Assembly (NCBI GenBank): GCA_045046875.1
Contig: JASFYY010000058.1
Location: 1-51,401 of the forward strand
Length of the DNA stretch: 51,401 nucleotides
Source: Verrucomicrobiota bacterium
GTDB taxonomy: Bacteria > Verrucomicrobiota > Verrucomicrobiia > Verrucomicrobiales > DEV007
Direction: 5' to 3'
Both the position numbers and the translations under genes were made by a program. Under the pieces are notes generated by a model. The model was not told the origin of the DNA and did not search any database. It saw nothing but the letters and a program-made list of their open reading frames with translations. Shown one piece after another: positions 8,732 through 17,818 of this stretch (positions are counted from its first letter, which is position 1; every line of letters begins with the position of its first letter).

Positions 8732-9601
8732 ATGAAACTCATTCGCCACGGACAAGCCGGACAAGAAAAACCAGGTCTTCAACTCGACGCCGATGGCGAT
8801 CACCGCATCGACGCTTCCGGCTTCGGCCAGGACTACGACGAAGCCTTTTTTGCCGATCCGGCCAATCTCGACCGCTTGAAAGAATGGGCTGATGCTAATG
8901 CTGACTCCGCACCTCGCCTCGGCGCTGACGTGCGTCTCGCCCCACCCGTTTCCCGCCCGGGAAAAATCGTCTGCATCGGTTTGAATTTCAGCGACCACGC
9001 CGAAGAAACCGGATTGGAAGTTCCTCCGGAACCCATCATTTTCTTTAAAGCCACCACCGCCCTCTGTGGTCCCAACGACAACCTGACCATTCCTAAAAAT
9101 GCGACCAAAACCGACTGGGAAGTCGAACTCGCATTTGTCATCGGCAAAAAAGCCTCATACGTCGAAAAAGAAAATGCTCTCGATCATGTCGCCGGTTATG
9201 TCTTGCACAACGATTATTCCGAACGCGCTTTCCAAATCGAACGCGCCGGCCAGTGGGTCAAAGGGAAATCTTGTGACACCTTTGCGCCGCTCGGCCCCTT
9301 CATCGCCACTCAGGACGAAATTTCAGACATCAACAACCTGCGCATGTGGCTGACCGTGAATGGAGAATCCAAGCAAGATGGCAGCACCAGCACCATGGTC
9401 TTTGATATTCCCACTATCGTCAGCTACCTCAGCCAATTCATGACCCTCGCCCCTGGCGACATCGTCACCACCGGAACCCCTCCCGGCGTCGGCATGGGAA
9501 TGGACCCTCAACAGTGGATCCAGGACGGAGATATGATCGAACTCGGCATCGACGGCCTTGGTTCTTCCAAACAAACCGCAGTGGCCTGGTCAAACGAATA
9601 A
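8732..9601 (+). CDS. Fumarylacetoacetate hydrolase (FAH) family protein
   Basis: KIVCIGLNF.DH, P.EPIIFFK, DWEVEL, NDYSER, W.KGKS.DTF.P.GP, GDIVTTGTP.GVG. Confidence 0.93.
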   Translation: MKLIRHGQAGQEKPGLQLDADGDHRIDASGFGQDYDEAFFADPANLDRLKEWADANADSAPRLGADVRLAPPVSRPGKIVCIGLNFSDHAEETGLEVPPEPIIFFKATTALCGPNDNLTIPKNATKTDWEVELAFVIGKKASYVEKENALDHVAGYVLHNDYSERAFQIERAGQWVKGKSCDTFAPLGPFIATQDEISDINNLRMWLTVNGESKQDGSTSTMVFDIPTIVSYLSQFMTLAPGDIVTTGTPPGVGMGMDPQQWIQDGDMIELGIDGLGSSKQTAVAWSNE

Positions 9602-9631
9602 CTCAATAGCTGCTCTGCTGAATAGCTCAGC

Positions 9632-9672
9632 AACTAAAAAGCCAAAGGTTAAACCCCTTTGGCTTTTTAGTT
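9632..9672. terminator. Bidirectional rho-independent terminator
   Basis: Perfect 17-bp inverted repeat AACTAAAAAGCCAAAGG / CCTTTGGCTTTTTAGTT with a 7-nt loop and A/T tracts, 30 nt after the FAH stop. Confidence 0.85.
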
Positions 9673-9697
9673 TTCCCTCTTACCTTTCTCTCGAAAT

Positions 9698-11341
9698 ATG
9701 ACATTCTCCACCTCTCAAGCACCCACCTGGTTTATAAAAAATTGCACCACCCTGCTCCTGCTGATTTTATCAATTGGCAAAGTCGAAGCAAAAGCACCCA
9801 ACATCCTCATCATCGTCGCCGATGACCTCGGTTACAGCGATCTCGGATCTTACGGCGGAGAAATCGACACCCCTCATCTGGATGCCCTGGCCAAGGGCGG
9901 CGTGCGCTTGACGCAATTCTACACCATGGGACGCTGCTGCCCCTCACGTGCCAGTATTCTAACTGGTCAATATCCGCATCGAGTGGGACTCGGTCACATG
10001 ACCCAGGACATCCATCAACCCGGCTACCGAGGGCAAGTTTCTGATCAAGCCCAAACCATCGCCCAAGTGCTCAAACCAGCCGGTTACCGCTCTTTCATTT
10101 CCGGCAAATGGCATCTGGGCACAGCGGATCCCACCCAACACGGCTTCGAAGAGTTTTACGGAACCCTGACCAGTGCCAAACGCTACTTTGATCCCGACCA
10201 TCTGATTAGGCTTCCCGAGGGGCGGAAAAAAATCACCTACCCTCCCGGCGAATTTTACGCCACTGACGCTGTCACTGATCATGCTCTCAGTTTTCTCAAG
10301 CAGGCTCATTCAAGCCCGCAAAAACCCTGGTTCATCTACCTTGCTTACAACGCCCCACATTTCCCTTTGCACGCCAGGCCTGAAGATATCGCCAAATATC
10401 AAGACCGCTTCCATGACGGCTGGGATGTATTGAGAAAAAAACGTCTCGCCAGGATGAAGGAACTCGGCATCATTGCCGAATCAACGGAACTCACTCCGCG
10501 CTCGCCCTATTGGAACTACGGCGAAAGCAAAACCGGTACTAATCCCGCCTGGAACTCCCTGTCCGAAAACCGTCGTCTCGATCTTGCCCGGCGCATGGCT
10601 ATCTACGCCGCCATGGTGGACCGCATGGATCAGCAAATCGGACGGGTTATTGACGAACTCAAATCAAAAGGTGAATTCAACAACACGCTGATCATGTTCC
10701 TCTCCGACAACGGCGCCTGCGCCGAATGGGATCCAAACGGTTTTGATATCAAATCGAGCAACCAGAATATCCTGCACGAAAAAAACAAACTGGATGAAAT
10801 GGGCAAAGCCGGTACATTTCACAGTATCGGATCCGCTTGGGCCAATGCCGCCAACACCCCTTGGAGGCTCTACAAGCACTTCAGTCACGAAGGCGGCATC
10901 AACTCTCCCTGCATCGTACACTGGCCAGCTGGTCTCGGGAATAAAGCCGGCAGAATCGATCACCAACCCGCCCACATCATCGACCTGATGACCAGCGCCA
11001 TCGCCGTCTCGGGAGCCTCTTACACCGGCACCCTTGATTTACCAGGAAAAAATCTGATCGCCCAGTTACAAAACGCTCAAACGACACAACGCACTCTCTA
11101 CTTCGAACACGAAGGCAACCGAGCTATTCGTGATGGTGATTGGAAACTGGTATCTTTAAGGGACCAGAGATGGGAACTTTACGATTTCTCCAAAACCCGC
11201 ACTGAACTGGAAAACGTCGCTGAGCAACACCCCGACATCGTCAAAAAACTCAACGCCAAATGGGAAACCTGGGCAAAAAAAAACCTAGTAACGCCATTAC
11301 CCACCGACTATCAGGTCGATTACCTACGCATCACCAAATGA
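9698..11341 (+). CDS. Arylsulfatase (Cys-type formylglycine sulfatase), secreted
   Basis: Signal peptide; PNILIIVADDLGYSD; CCPSRASILTG signature; GKWHLG; SDNG. Confidence 0.93.
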   Translation: MTFSTSQAPTWFIKNCTTLLLLILSIGKVEAKAPNILIIVADDLGYSDLGSYGGEIDTPHLDALAKGGVRLTQFYTMGRCCPSRASILTGQYPHRVGLGHMTQDIHQPGYRGQVSDQAQTIAQVLKPAGYRSFISGKWHLGTADPTQHGFEEFYGTLTSAKRYFDPDHLIRLPEGRKKITYPPGEFYATDAVTDHALSFLKQAHSSPQKPWFIYLAYNAPHFPLHARPEDIAKYQDRFHDGWDVLRKKRLARMKELGIIAESTELTPRSPYWNYGESKTGTNPAWNSLSENRRLDLARRMAIYAAMVDRMDQQIGRVIDELKSKGEFNNTLIMFLSDNGACAEWDPNGFDIKSSNQNILHEKNKLDEMGKAGTFHSIGSAWANAANTPWRLYKHFSHEGGINSPCIVHWPAGLGNKAGRIDHQPAHIIDLMTSAIAVSGASYTGTLDLPGKNLIAQLQNAQTTQRTLYFEHEGNRAIRDGDWKLVSLRDQRWELYDFSKTRTELENVAEQHPDIVKKLNAKWETWAKKNLVTPLPTDYQVDYLRITK

Positions 11342-11391
11342 CAATTGTAGGGCGACCGCTCCGATACCCACTTCAACCGCTCAAAGCCTAC

Positions 11392-12753
11392 TCACAACAA
11401 CTCAGCAATCGGTCGGTGCTGGTCCACCAGGTAATGCGGACGACCTGACAAATCAGTCACGGTGGTCGTATTGGCATTGATGCCAAGGTTTTTGTACAGC
11501 GTGGCGTGAACCTCCCCCATGTGCACCGGACGTTCAGTGGCCTCCGCAGCAATCCTGTCCGTCGCTCCAATCACCTGCCCCGTTTTCATTCCCCCTCCGG
11601 CAACAAATGCACAAGAAACTTTTGGCCAGTGATCACGACCAGCATCTTTGTTAAGCTTAGGTGTGCGTCCGAATTCCCCCCAAGCTACCACACTCACATC
11701 CTTGTCCATGCCGCGTTCATGCAGATCCTCAATCAGAGCGCTCAATCCCTGATCAAATAACGGAGCATGATCCTTCATGCCCGCAGTGTTTTTGGAATGA
11801 AAATCCCAACGGCCAAAGTTCAAAGTCACACAGCGAGCCCCTGCCTCCACCAGGCGCCGCGCCATCAAGAAATGCTCCAGGTTACGAGGCGCGCCATCCC
11901 CGTAATTGGTTGGCACCCCCTTGCCATAACGCTCACGCGTTTTGACATCTTCTTTTTCCAAATCCAAGGCTTCGAGTAATTTGGAAGAGGTCAACATCCC
12001 AAAAGCCTGTTGGGTAAAACCATCCATCTGGGCAACTTCGTTAACCGTATCCATCCGACGACGAAACGAATCAAATTCATCTAACAACGAACGTCGTTGA
12101 CTGAGTCGACCATAAGTTATGTCCTTCAATACCATGTCTTCCTTGGTCGGGCCCGAGTGCTTGAATGGCCCACGCGCCACTCCAAGAAAACCAGACTTGC
12201 CCGACGATCCGTAAGGAGGATGCCCTGCCCGGGGCGCCAGTCCCACAAAAGGCGGAATACCAGGGTCCACAGCTCCCTGTAATTCAGAAAGAACCGACCC
12301 AATCGAAGGCCAGCCTCCGGGCGGCTGGCCGATCATATTCAGAGTCGACCCCTTACGCCCGGTATAACACATAAAAGAATCATGGCTGCCGTTCGGAGCC
12401 CCGACAATCGAACGGATCGCCGTCCACTTGTCCATAATACCCGCCATACGCGGAAGCATCTCACCAATATGGATGCCTGGCACATTGGTCGGAATCGATC
12501 CAATGTCACCACGATATTCGGAAGGCGCATTCGGTTTGGGATCAACCAGATCCTGGTGCGGTGGAGCACCACACATATAAACCATGATGATTGCCTTGTG
12601 GGAACGCCCCACCCCCGCTTGGGCTTCAGCCTCGAGTAATTGGGGCAAGGCAGCTCCGCCCATACCCAAGCCTCCTATACGGAGAAAATCCCGTCGGGAA
12701 ACACCGTCGCAAAACCGACCACTACTCTGACCTATTATATCCAGCATAGACAT
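11392..12753 (-). CDS. DUF1501 domain-containing protein
   Basis: SRRDFLR twin-arginine-like start, G.PPHQD..DPKP, LMARRLVEAGARCV, WDFH, GEFGRTP, GRDHW, GGGMK.GQVIG.TD; PVC-typical family. Confidence 0.9.
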   Translation of the reverse strand: MSMLDIIGQSSGRFCDGVSRRDFLRIGGLGMGGAALPQLLEAEAQAGVGRSHKAIIMVYMCGAPPHQDLVDPKPNAPSEYRGDIGSIPTNVPGIHIGEMLPRMAGIMDKWTAIRSIVGAPNGSHDSFMCYTGRKGSTLNMIGQPPGGWPSIGSVLSELQGAVDPGIPPFVGLAPRAGHPPYGSSGKSGFLGVARGPFKHSGPTKEDMVLKDITYGRLSQRRSLLDEFDSFRRRMDTVNEVAQMDGFTQQAFGMLTSSKLLEALDLEKEDVKTRERYGKGVPTNYGDGAPRNLEHFLMARRLVEAGARCVTLNFGRWDFHSKNTAGMKDHAPLFDQGLSALIEDLHERGMDKDVSVVAWGEFGRTPKLNKDAGRDHWPKVSCAFVAGGGMKTGQVIGATDRIAAEATERPVHMGEVHATLYKNLGINANTTTVTDLSGRPHYLVDQHRPIAELL

Positions 12754-12821
12754 GCCCCCACTTTAGGTATTCAGCTAAGATCAGGGGGATTGCAACTTTG
12801 ACCCCATGAACGCCGCACCGT

Positions 12822-13649
12822 TCAATCAGCACTGCCTACAATCGGAAAACTACTGCCCTCTGCGCCCCATTCAGTCCACGAAGCGTCATACACAACGATT
12901 TCATCACGCCCACTGAGATCTGCCGCCAAAGCTATAATACAGGCCGTGACACCCGAACCGCAGGAGCAAAGTAAACGTTGTTGAGGATCGGCAAGAGCTG
13001 AAAAAATATCCTTCAGCTCATCAATCGGCTTCATTTTCCCCTCTTCAAGCAATTCCACATAAGGCAGATTTTTTGCCCCCGGCATGCAAGCCGCGTCAAA
13101 ACGATCCTTCGATCGCGCGTCCAGAATCGTCGTATCAGCATCATGCAAACGCTTGTGAACATGATCGGCACTGACAAATTTTTCGTTCTTTTGCGCTACA
13201 AAATCTCCCGGCACCGACAAATTCCTTGGCTCGTCATTCACAGTATAACCCGCCGCCTGCCAAGCCAACAAACCTCCATCGAGAACCGCAACCCGCTGAT
13301 GCCCCATGGCACGAAACATCCACCACGCCCGGCAACTCGAAAACATCGCATTGCTGTCATAGACCACCACCAGGCTGTCTTGCTTCACCCCCAGCTTGCG
13401 CACCGATTCGGCGAACAAATCCTCATCAGGTAACATGCGCGGCAGATGGGTTTCTTGATCCTTGATCTCACCATCATAGTCAAAAAAGCGCGCGCCAGGA
13501 ATATGCAAACCATGCCACTCTTCCCGCCCGCAACGCTCTTTCCCTGGCAAATGCCAAGAGGCATCCAAGACAATGATTCCCTCATCCCCAAGGTGTTGAT
13601 TCAGCCATTCAACCGATACCAGACTTCCGGGAAATTCACATTCAGCCAT
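12822..13649 (-). CDS. sseA: 3-mercaptopyruvate sulfurtransferase / two-domain rhodanese
   Basis: LVSVEWL, HIPGA.FFD, RAWWMF...GH..VAVLDGG, active-site CGSGVTAC, YD.SW.EW. Confidence 0.88.
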   Translation of the reverse strand: MAECEFPGSLVSVEWLNQHLGDEGIIVLDASWHLPGKERCGREEWHGLHIPGARFFDYDGEIKDQETHLPRMLPDEDLFAESVRKLGVKQDSLVVVYDSNAMFSSCRAWWMFRAMGHQRVAVLDGGLLAWQAAGYTVNDEPRNLSVPGDFVAQKNEKFVSADHVHKRLHDADTTILDARSKDRFDAACMPGAKNLPYVELLEEGKMKPIDELKDIFSALADPQQRLLCSCGSGVTACIIALAADLSGRDEIVVYDASWTEWGAEGSSFPIVGSAD

Positions 13650-13695
13650 AAATATTACTTCTGATTATGCAATCACAATCCACTTGAGAGCAGCT

Positions 13696-14280
13696 CTAGA
13701 ATCGCACGGTTTTGTAAGAGGTAACTCCGTTCACCAAGACCGGCTGGTAATACAAGCCGTTAAATATGTAGTAAACCACTCCATTCACCGTGGTCGCGGT
13801 TGCCCCGGGAGGCAAAACGGGAACGATTGCTCCAATCGGAGGTTCAGCCACGATATACCCACTATCGACCGGTTGGTAATAAGTGCCTCCGTAATAAGCA
13901 TACGGCGCGCCACTCACATAAACCGTAGAATAACCTCTCGGAGGCGCAGTGATCGCTGCTCCAACCACCGCACCAGCTACCATACCCACCGCCACACCGG
14001 CGGCCACCCGTCCATGCCCGTATCCATGGCCATAGCCGCGACCATACCGATTAACATCTACATCCACGTGACGGGATCGATTGACGTGCGTACTGCGATT
14101 GACATGCGTACTGCGATTAACCGATGTGCTACGGCTGACACTGCGGTGCCCTCCACCGCGGCTCACACTGCGACTACGGCTGACGCTGCGCCCGTGCGGG
14201 CGGGCATCAGCTGTGATAAGCGAAAGGCCTAATACTGCCACTGTGCCCAGAGAAAACCAATTATGTGCTTTTTTCTTCAT
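13696..14280 (-). CDS. Secreted low-complexity protein, DUF6515-like
   Basis: Signal peptide, RS/HVNRST and GYGH repeats, hydrophobic GVAVGMVAGAVVGAA, duplicated PP.GY.TV.V.G..Y.Y..G.YYQP module. Co-oriented with the operon. Confidence 0.75.
   Translation of the reverse strand: MKKKAHNWFSLGTVAVLGLSLITADARPHGRSVSRSRSVSRGGGHRSVSRSTSVNRSTHVNRSTHVNRSRHVDVDVNRYGRGYGHGYGHGRVAAGVAVGMVAGAVVGAAITAPPRGYSTVYVSGAPYAYYGGTYYQPVDSGYIVAEPPIGAIVPVLPPGATATTVNGVVYYIFNGLYYQPVLVNGVTSYKTVRF
14078..14121. repeat. 18-bp coding tandem repeat (about 2.4 copies) encoding VNRSTH
   Basis: CGATTGACGTGCGTACTG / CGATTGACATGCGTACTG / CGATTAAC. Confidence 0.85.
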
Positions 14281-14314
14281 GATCTATCTATTCTTTTAAG
14301 TTATTGCCGCTTGT

Positions 14315-15121
14315 TTATTTTTTCGGCGCGCCGTCCTTTTCACCTTCTTCTTCATTAGGTAAAACTTCAATTTTAAGAACTCCGGCAGGCGGATCAAAAG
14401 TGAACACGTATGCAGGCAAACTCAATCTTGTATCCCAGTCTGAAAACAATGCGATAAATTGCGGACGACCTTGCTCTTGCTTGAAAGTGATCACCACTTT
14501 CCTTATCGTCGGCACGGGACCTTCATTCACCCACGCCTGCCAATTAACGATTTCCCCTTGAAAGGCCACGTGATGACAAAGCTTGCCCAGCACTGGCTCC
14601 TTGCCGAGGTATTGCCCCGACTTAGCCTTGGCCGCCGCCCCCGCAAAAGGACGACTGATCAACAAATCTTCAAGCGGCATAGTGATGCCAAATTTTTCAT
14701 CCAATTTATCCAAGGTTTCTTCGATCGTCGCAGGAGCCGCAACACTGCCGTAATAACCCTTCTGATGATCCACCACACTCACACTCTTGCCATCATAATA
14801 AAAACTGCGTTTGGGTCTATCCGTTTTGACATCGATGCGTAAGCCATCCGGACGCCGGACTTTGACATCAGCCAACTTGCTGAACTGTAACATGGTGCCA
14901 TTTTCATCCTCAAGGTCCTGCCAGATTTCCGCCGATACAGAAAACTGCTTGGCAGCAGACAAATGATCAGCTGCACGTTTGAGGATTTTGACCGCCATCG
15001 GATCGATCGCTGGAGCTTCTTCTGCTTTGGCTTTGTCCTCTGCTAAAGCTAACAAAGGAAGCGATGCCACCCCCGCCAAGGTCAGTAACAGCAAGGATTT
15101 GAATTGATTGTGTTTTTTCAT
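14315..15121 (-). CDS. DUF2092 periplasmic protein (LolA-like fold predicted)
   Basis: Signal peptide; DP.A..ILK....L.A...FSV, V.RPD.LR, YDGK, P.TI...LD, P.EDLL, CHHVAF, WQ.W, F.F.PP.G. Confidence 0.82.
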   Translation of the reverse strand: MKKHNQFKSLLLLTLAGVASLPLLALAEDKAKAEEAPAIDPMAVKILKRAADHLSAAKQFSVSAEIWQDLEDENGTMLQFSKLADVKVRRPDGLRIDVKTDRPKRSFYYDGKSVSVVDHQKGYYGSVAAPATIEETLDKLDEKFGITMPLEDLLISRPFAGAAAKAKSGQYLGKEPVLGKLCHHVAFQGEIVNWQAWVNEGPVPTIRKVVITFKQEQGRPQFIALFSDWDTRLSLPAYVFTFDPPAGVLKIEVLPNEEEGEKDGAPKK

Positions 15122-15167
15122 AAAATTCAGCTAGGTAAAATTATCATCACTTTGCAGATTTGTCACG

Positions 15168-16955
15168 TTAAGGTTGATACCAAATCGGCGAAGTCCACGC
15201 CCGTTCCTGTATCGTAGCTTGCACATCCTTGAGCAATGGCAGCCCATTTCGAATCGCATCATAAGTGCTCCAACGAGGTGTTGGGATCTCAATAACCCGA
15301 GCGTAATAGAAAGCATGCTGTTCAGGATCAAAAGCTTCATCTTTCCATGTTCCCATAAGCTCCACGCCGCCGATGGTATTTTGATACTTGGCCGTTTTCA
15401 AATCCACCGTATTGCCAACCGACGGAAGCTTGCCCTCACTTCCAATCTCCCTCTTGCCCGCCCATACCACGTCGATGATTTTTTCATGCAGCTCTCCACC
15501 TTTATCCACCCAGCCTTTGATAATTTGAACCCGATCCAGATTCGCTCCGTCAACATCCTTCGTCGCGTAAACGGTAAAAGTAGGAGCCGCGCCAATCGAT
15601 CCTAGGTCTCCCCCCATAGGCACCCCGAATTCATACCCCTGTTTAACCATCGTCTTCACATCAGGAGGATCAGCAGGCAAATCCACCCCACCAAACAAAC
15701 GTACTTTGATCCGTGGACCACTGCTTGCAAAGGTCTCGCGTCTCTTCATCGCATCCCAAATCGCCGCCCGGGTATTTTCCGTCGCCCAGACTCCGGCAAT
15801 CGATCCGATGCTGAGATCCTTGCCATCGATCCAACCGGTCACATTACCCTTGCGTCGTGCCTCGACGCTTCCATCCTCCGGACCGTGTGCTCCGATAAAA
15901 CTGTCTTCAGCCACCGCAGACATAAGCCCGTTATGATTATCCGTGCCGCCTATAAAACCATACTTAAATGGATTCACTCCTAGTTTCTGCTCAAAACCCA
16001 GCCCTATTTTTAAACCCTCACGCACAAAATTCTTTTTCTTAAAAATGCGCCCACTCGAGTTTTGAATCGAATCCGCATTTTCAAAATTGGCAAACTCATC
16101 AGCTGCCCAGAACTTACGATGCACTTCGGAATTCCCCTTCACCTGCATCATCTCGATCAGTGGCTCGAAATGCTGGCGCCGTTGAGCATACTCCAGATCC
16201 ATCGGCGCACCAGCCGCATTGGTCGAAGGAAACATCATACCCTTGCTGGCATTGGAATTGTGGGGGATAGCCAGCGCTTTGATTCCTTTGCTCTCTTGTT
16301 TTTCCATCCATTCCCACAAACCATCCTCGCGATTCACATCAATGTAACTCACTGGAGCAGCGGGAACATTAGCATCTCGATAGATCACATTACGATGCAA
16401 ATTGGCACCCTTGGGAGCACCACTCCATTCAAATCCGATCAAGGCAGTGAACTTGCCGGGTTCATTATGTTTTTCCGCTGCATCGATAATGATTTGCCAG
16501 GCACTCTTCACCGTTTCCTGCCCTGCAAAAAACGGCGGATGCTGGGGATTCGCCCCCCGATTGGCGGAGATCACATATTCCATGAACCATTTCTGTCGTT
16601 CTTCAAGATCCGTCATCGAACGAAGGTCTTTCAATAGCTGCTGATCATGCCCCGGCGCCCCCTCATTGAGTGTCGAATACATCTCTCCGATGTATTCGGC
16701 ATGATCTGTCACCGCGGCGAAGTCCAGCGGACGTTTATGGGACACACTTTTCCCATTCACCATTACAGTCTCCCCTTTTGCGTAACGATAAGAGTCATTT
16801 GGAGTCAACCGTGTGCCTCCAAGATAAGCATCCAGTGAATAGGCTGTGTGCATATGGGTTTCACCAAAATAAGCATGGCGCTCGTCTTCTGCTTGAGCCG
16901 AATATAAACCGAAAACTCCACAAAAAACGGCAATAATGATATGATTCAATTTCAT
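15168..16955 (-). CDS. DUF3604 domain protein (PHP-like metallohydrolase), secreted
   Basis: YFGETHMHT, TDHAE, GFEWS, LHRNV, PHNSN.S.G, QVKGNSEVH, GGTDNH, TIQERAWTSPIWY. Confidence 0.9.
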   Translation of the reverse strand: MKLNHIIIAVFCGVFGLYSAQAEDERHAYFGETHMHTAYSLDAYLGGTRLTPNDSYRYAKGETVMVNGKSVSHKRPLDFAAVTDHAEYIGEMYSTLNEGAPGHDQQLLKDLRSMTDLEERQKWFMEYVISANRGANPQHPPFFAGQETVKSAWQIIIDAAEKHNEPGKFTALIGFEWSGAPKGANLHRNVIYRDANVPAAPVSYIDVNREDGLWEWMEKQESKGIKALAIPHNSNASKGMMFPSTNAAGAPMDLEYAQRRQHFEPLIEMMQVKGNSEVHRKFWAADEFANFENADSIQNSSGRIFKKKNFVREGLKIGLGFEQKLGVNPFKYGFIGGTDNHNGLMSAVAEDSFIGAHGPEDGSVEARRKGNVTGWIDGKDLSIGSIAGVWATENTRAAIWDAMKRRETFASSGPRIKVRLFGGVDLPADPPDVKTMVKQGYEFGVPMGGDLGSIGAAPTFTVYATKDVDGANLDRVQIIKGWVDKGGELHEKIIDVVWAGKREIGSEGKLPSVGNTVDLKTAKYQNTIGGVELMGTWKDEAFDPEQHAFYYARVIEIPTPRWSTYDAIRNGLPLLKDVQATIQERAWTSPIWYQP

Positions 16956-16981
16956 GATTTTTCGGTTTTTAGCTTAAGGTA

Positions 16982-17782
16982 TTAAAATGTTGGGAAAAGG
17001 GCAGTAAAAGTCAAAGTAACCGACCACTGAGACAAACTAGGTTCATCAATCAAATTGTATTGAGGATTGAGCGAAATCCGAGCAGGCATCTTGCCAATTT
17101 TAAGAACTTTTCCGATTTGAAACCCAATCGGCGCATTCACCCAACGACTGCTTTTCCAATCATAGGCAAACTGAAGATCACCTGCCGAAAGCGCCCACCC
17201 TTTACCCAGTTGATAAGCAATGATGGGTTGCAGTTGCGAGACCGCTGTATTGCTCCAGAACACATTCTGAGTGAACAAACCAACGTTCAGCTTCTTGCTG
17301 ACCTTGTAAACAGCACCAAGCGCCGGTCCAAGCACGTATTTGTCGGGCGCCCCACCGGTGGTATCAAAACTCATCACCGGCCCAATTCCCCAACGCCCCC
17401 AGTCCTGGTTAAACACCATCATATCAAAAACTGAAATCGCTCCCCAGCCCTCGTCGCCACGCCCATCCACTTGATAAGGAATCGTCAGACGTAAAATATT
17501 TGCTTGATCGAATATTTTAAGCGGAATCACCGGACGGAATTGAAAGACCGTGCGTGAATCCTCTTGCCCTATTCCTCCGCCATAAAAACCGCCCGTGTAG
17601 ATGCCTTGGAAATTCAATGCCATCAACGACGCTGTAGGATCGGTAGCTTTGGTAGAAAGATCATTGATACTACTTTTGACTACGGGTTTGTTTCCTGTTT
17701 CGAGATTTACCGCATTTTCCGCAAAAAGAGCGGTTGGTGTGAAAATCACAGTCATATATAGGAATACGCCTAGTATTTTCAT
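16982..17782 (-). CDS. Predicted outer-membrane beta-barrel ('neuromedin U'-like transporter family)
   Basis: Signal peptide, L..KATDPTASL, FRPVIP, WGIGP, LGPA, QPIIAY, WVNAPIG, amphipathic C-terminal strand ending in F. Confidence 0.7.
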   Translation of the reverse strand: MKILGVFLYMTVIFTPTALFAENAVNLETGNKPVVKSSINDLSTKATDPTASLMALNFQGIYTGGFYGGGIGQEDSRTVFQFRPVIPLKIFDQANILRLTIPYQVDGRGDEGWGAISVFDMMVFNQDWGRWGIGPVMSFDTTGGAPDKYVLGPALGAVYKVSKKLNVGLFTQNVFWSNTAVSQLQPIIAYQLGKGWALSAGDLQFAYDWKSSRWVNAPIGFQIGKVLKIGKMPARISLNPQYNLIDEPSLSQWSVTLTFTALFPTF

Positions 17783-17818
17783 TTTTTCTTAATGATATTT
17801 CACTTTGTTGTTAAAAAT

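Noticed and set aside
11347..11391. GTAG-type REP doublet between convergent genes (GTAGG...CCTAC)
   Set aside because: Only 5 bp of terminal complementarity, no internal palindromes and no second copy in the window.
13684..14232. 182-aa plus-strand ORF
   Set aside because: Antisense to the DUF6515-like gene, which has a signal peptide and fits the operon direction.
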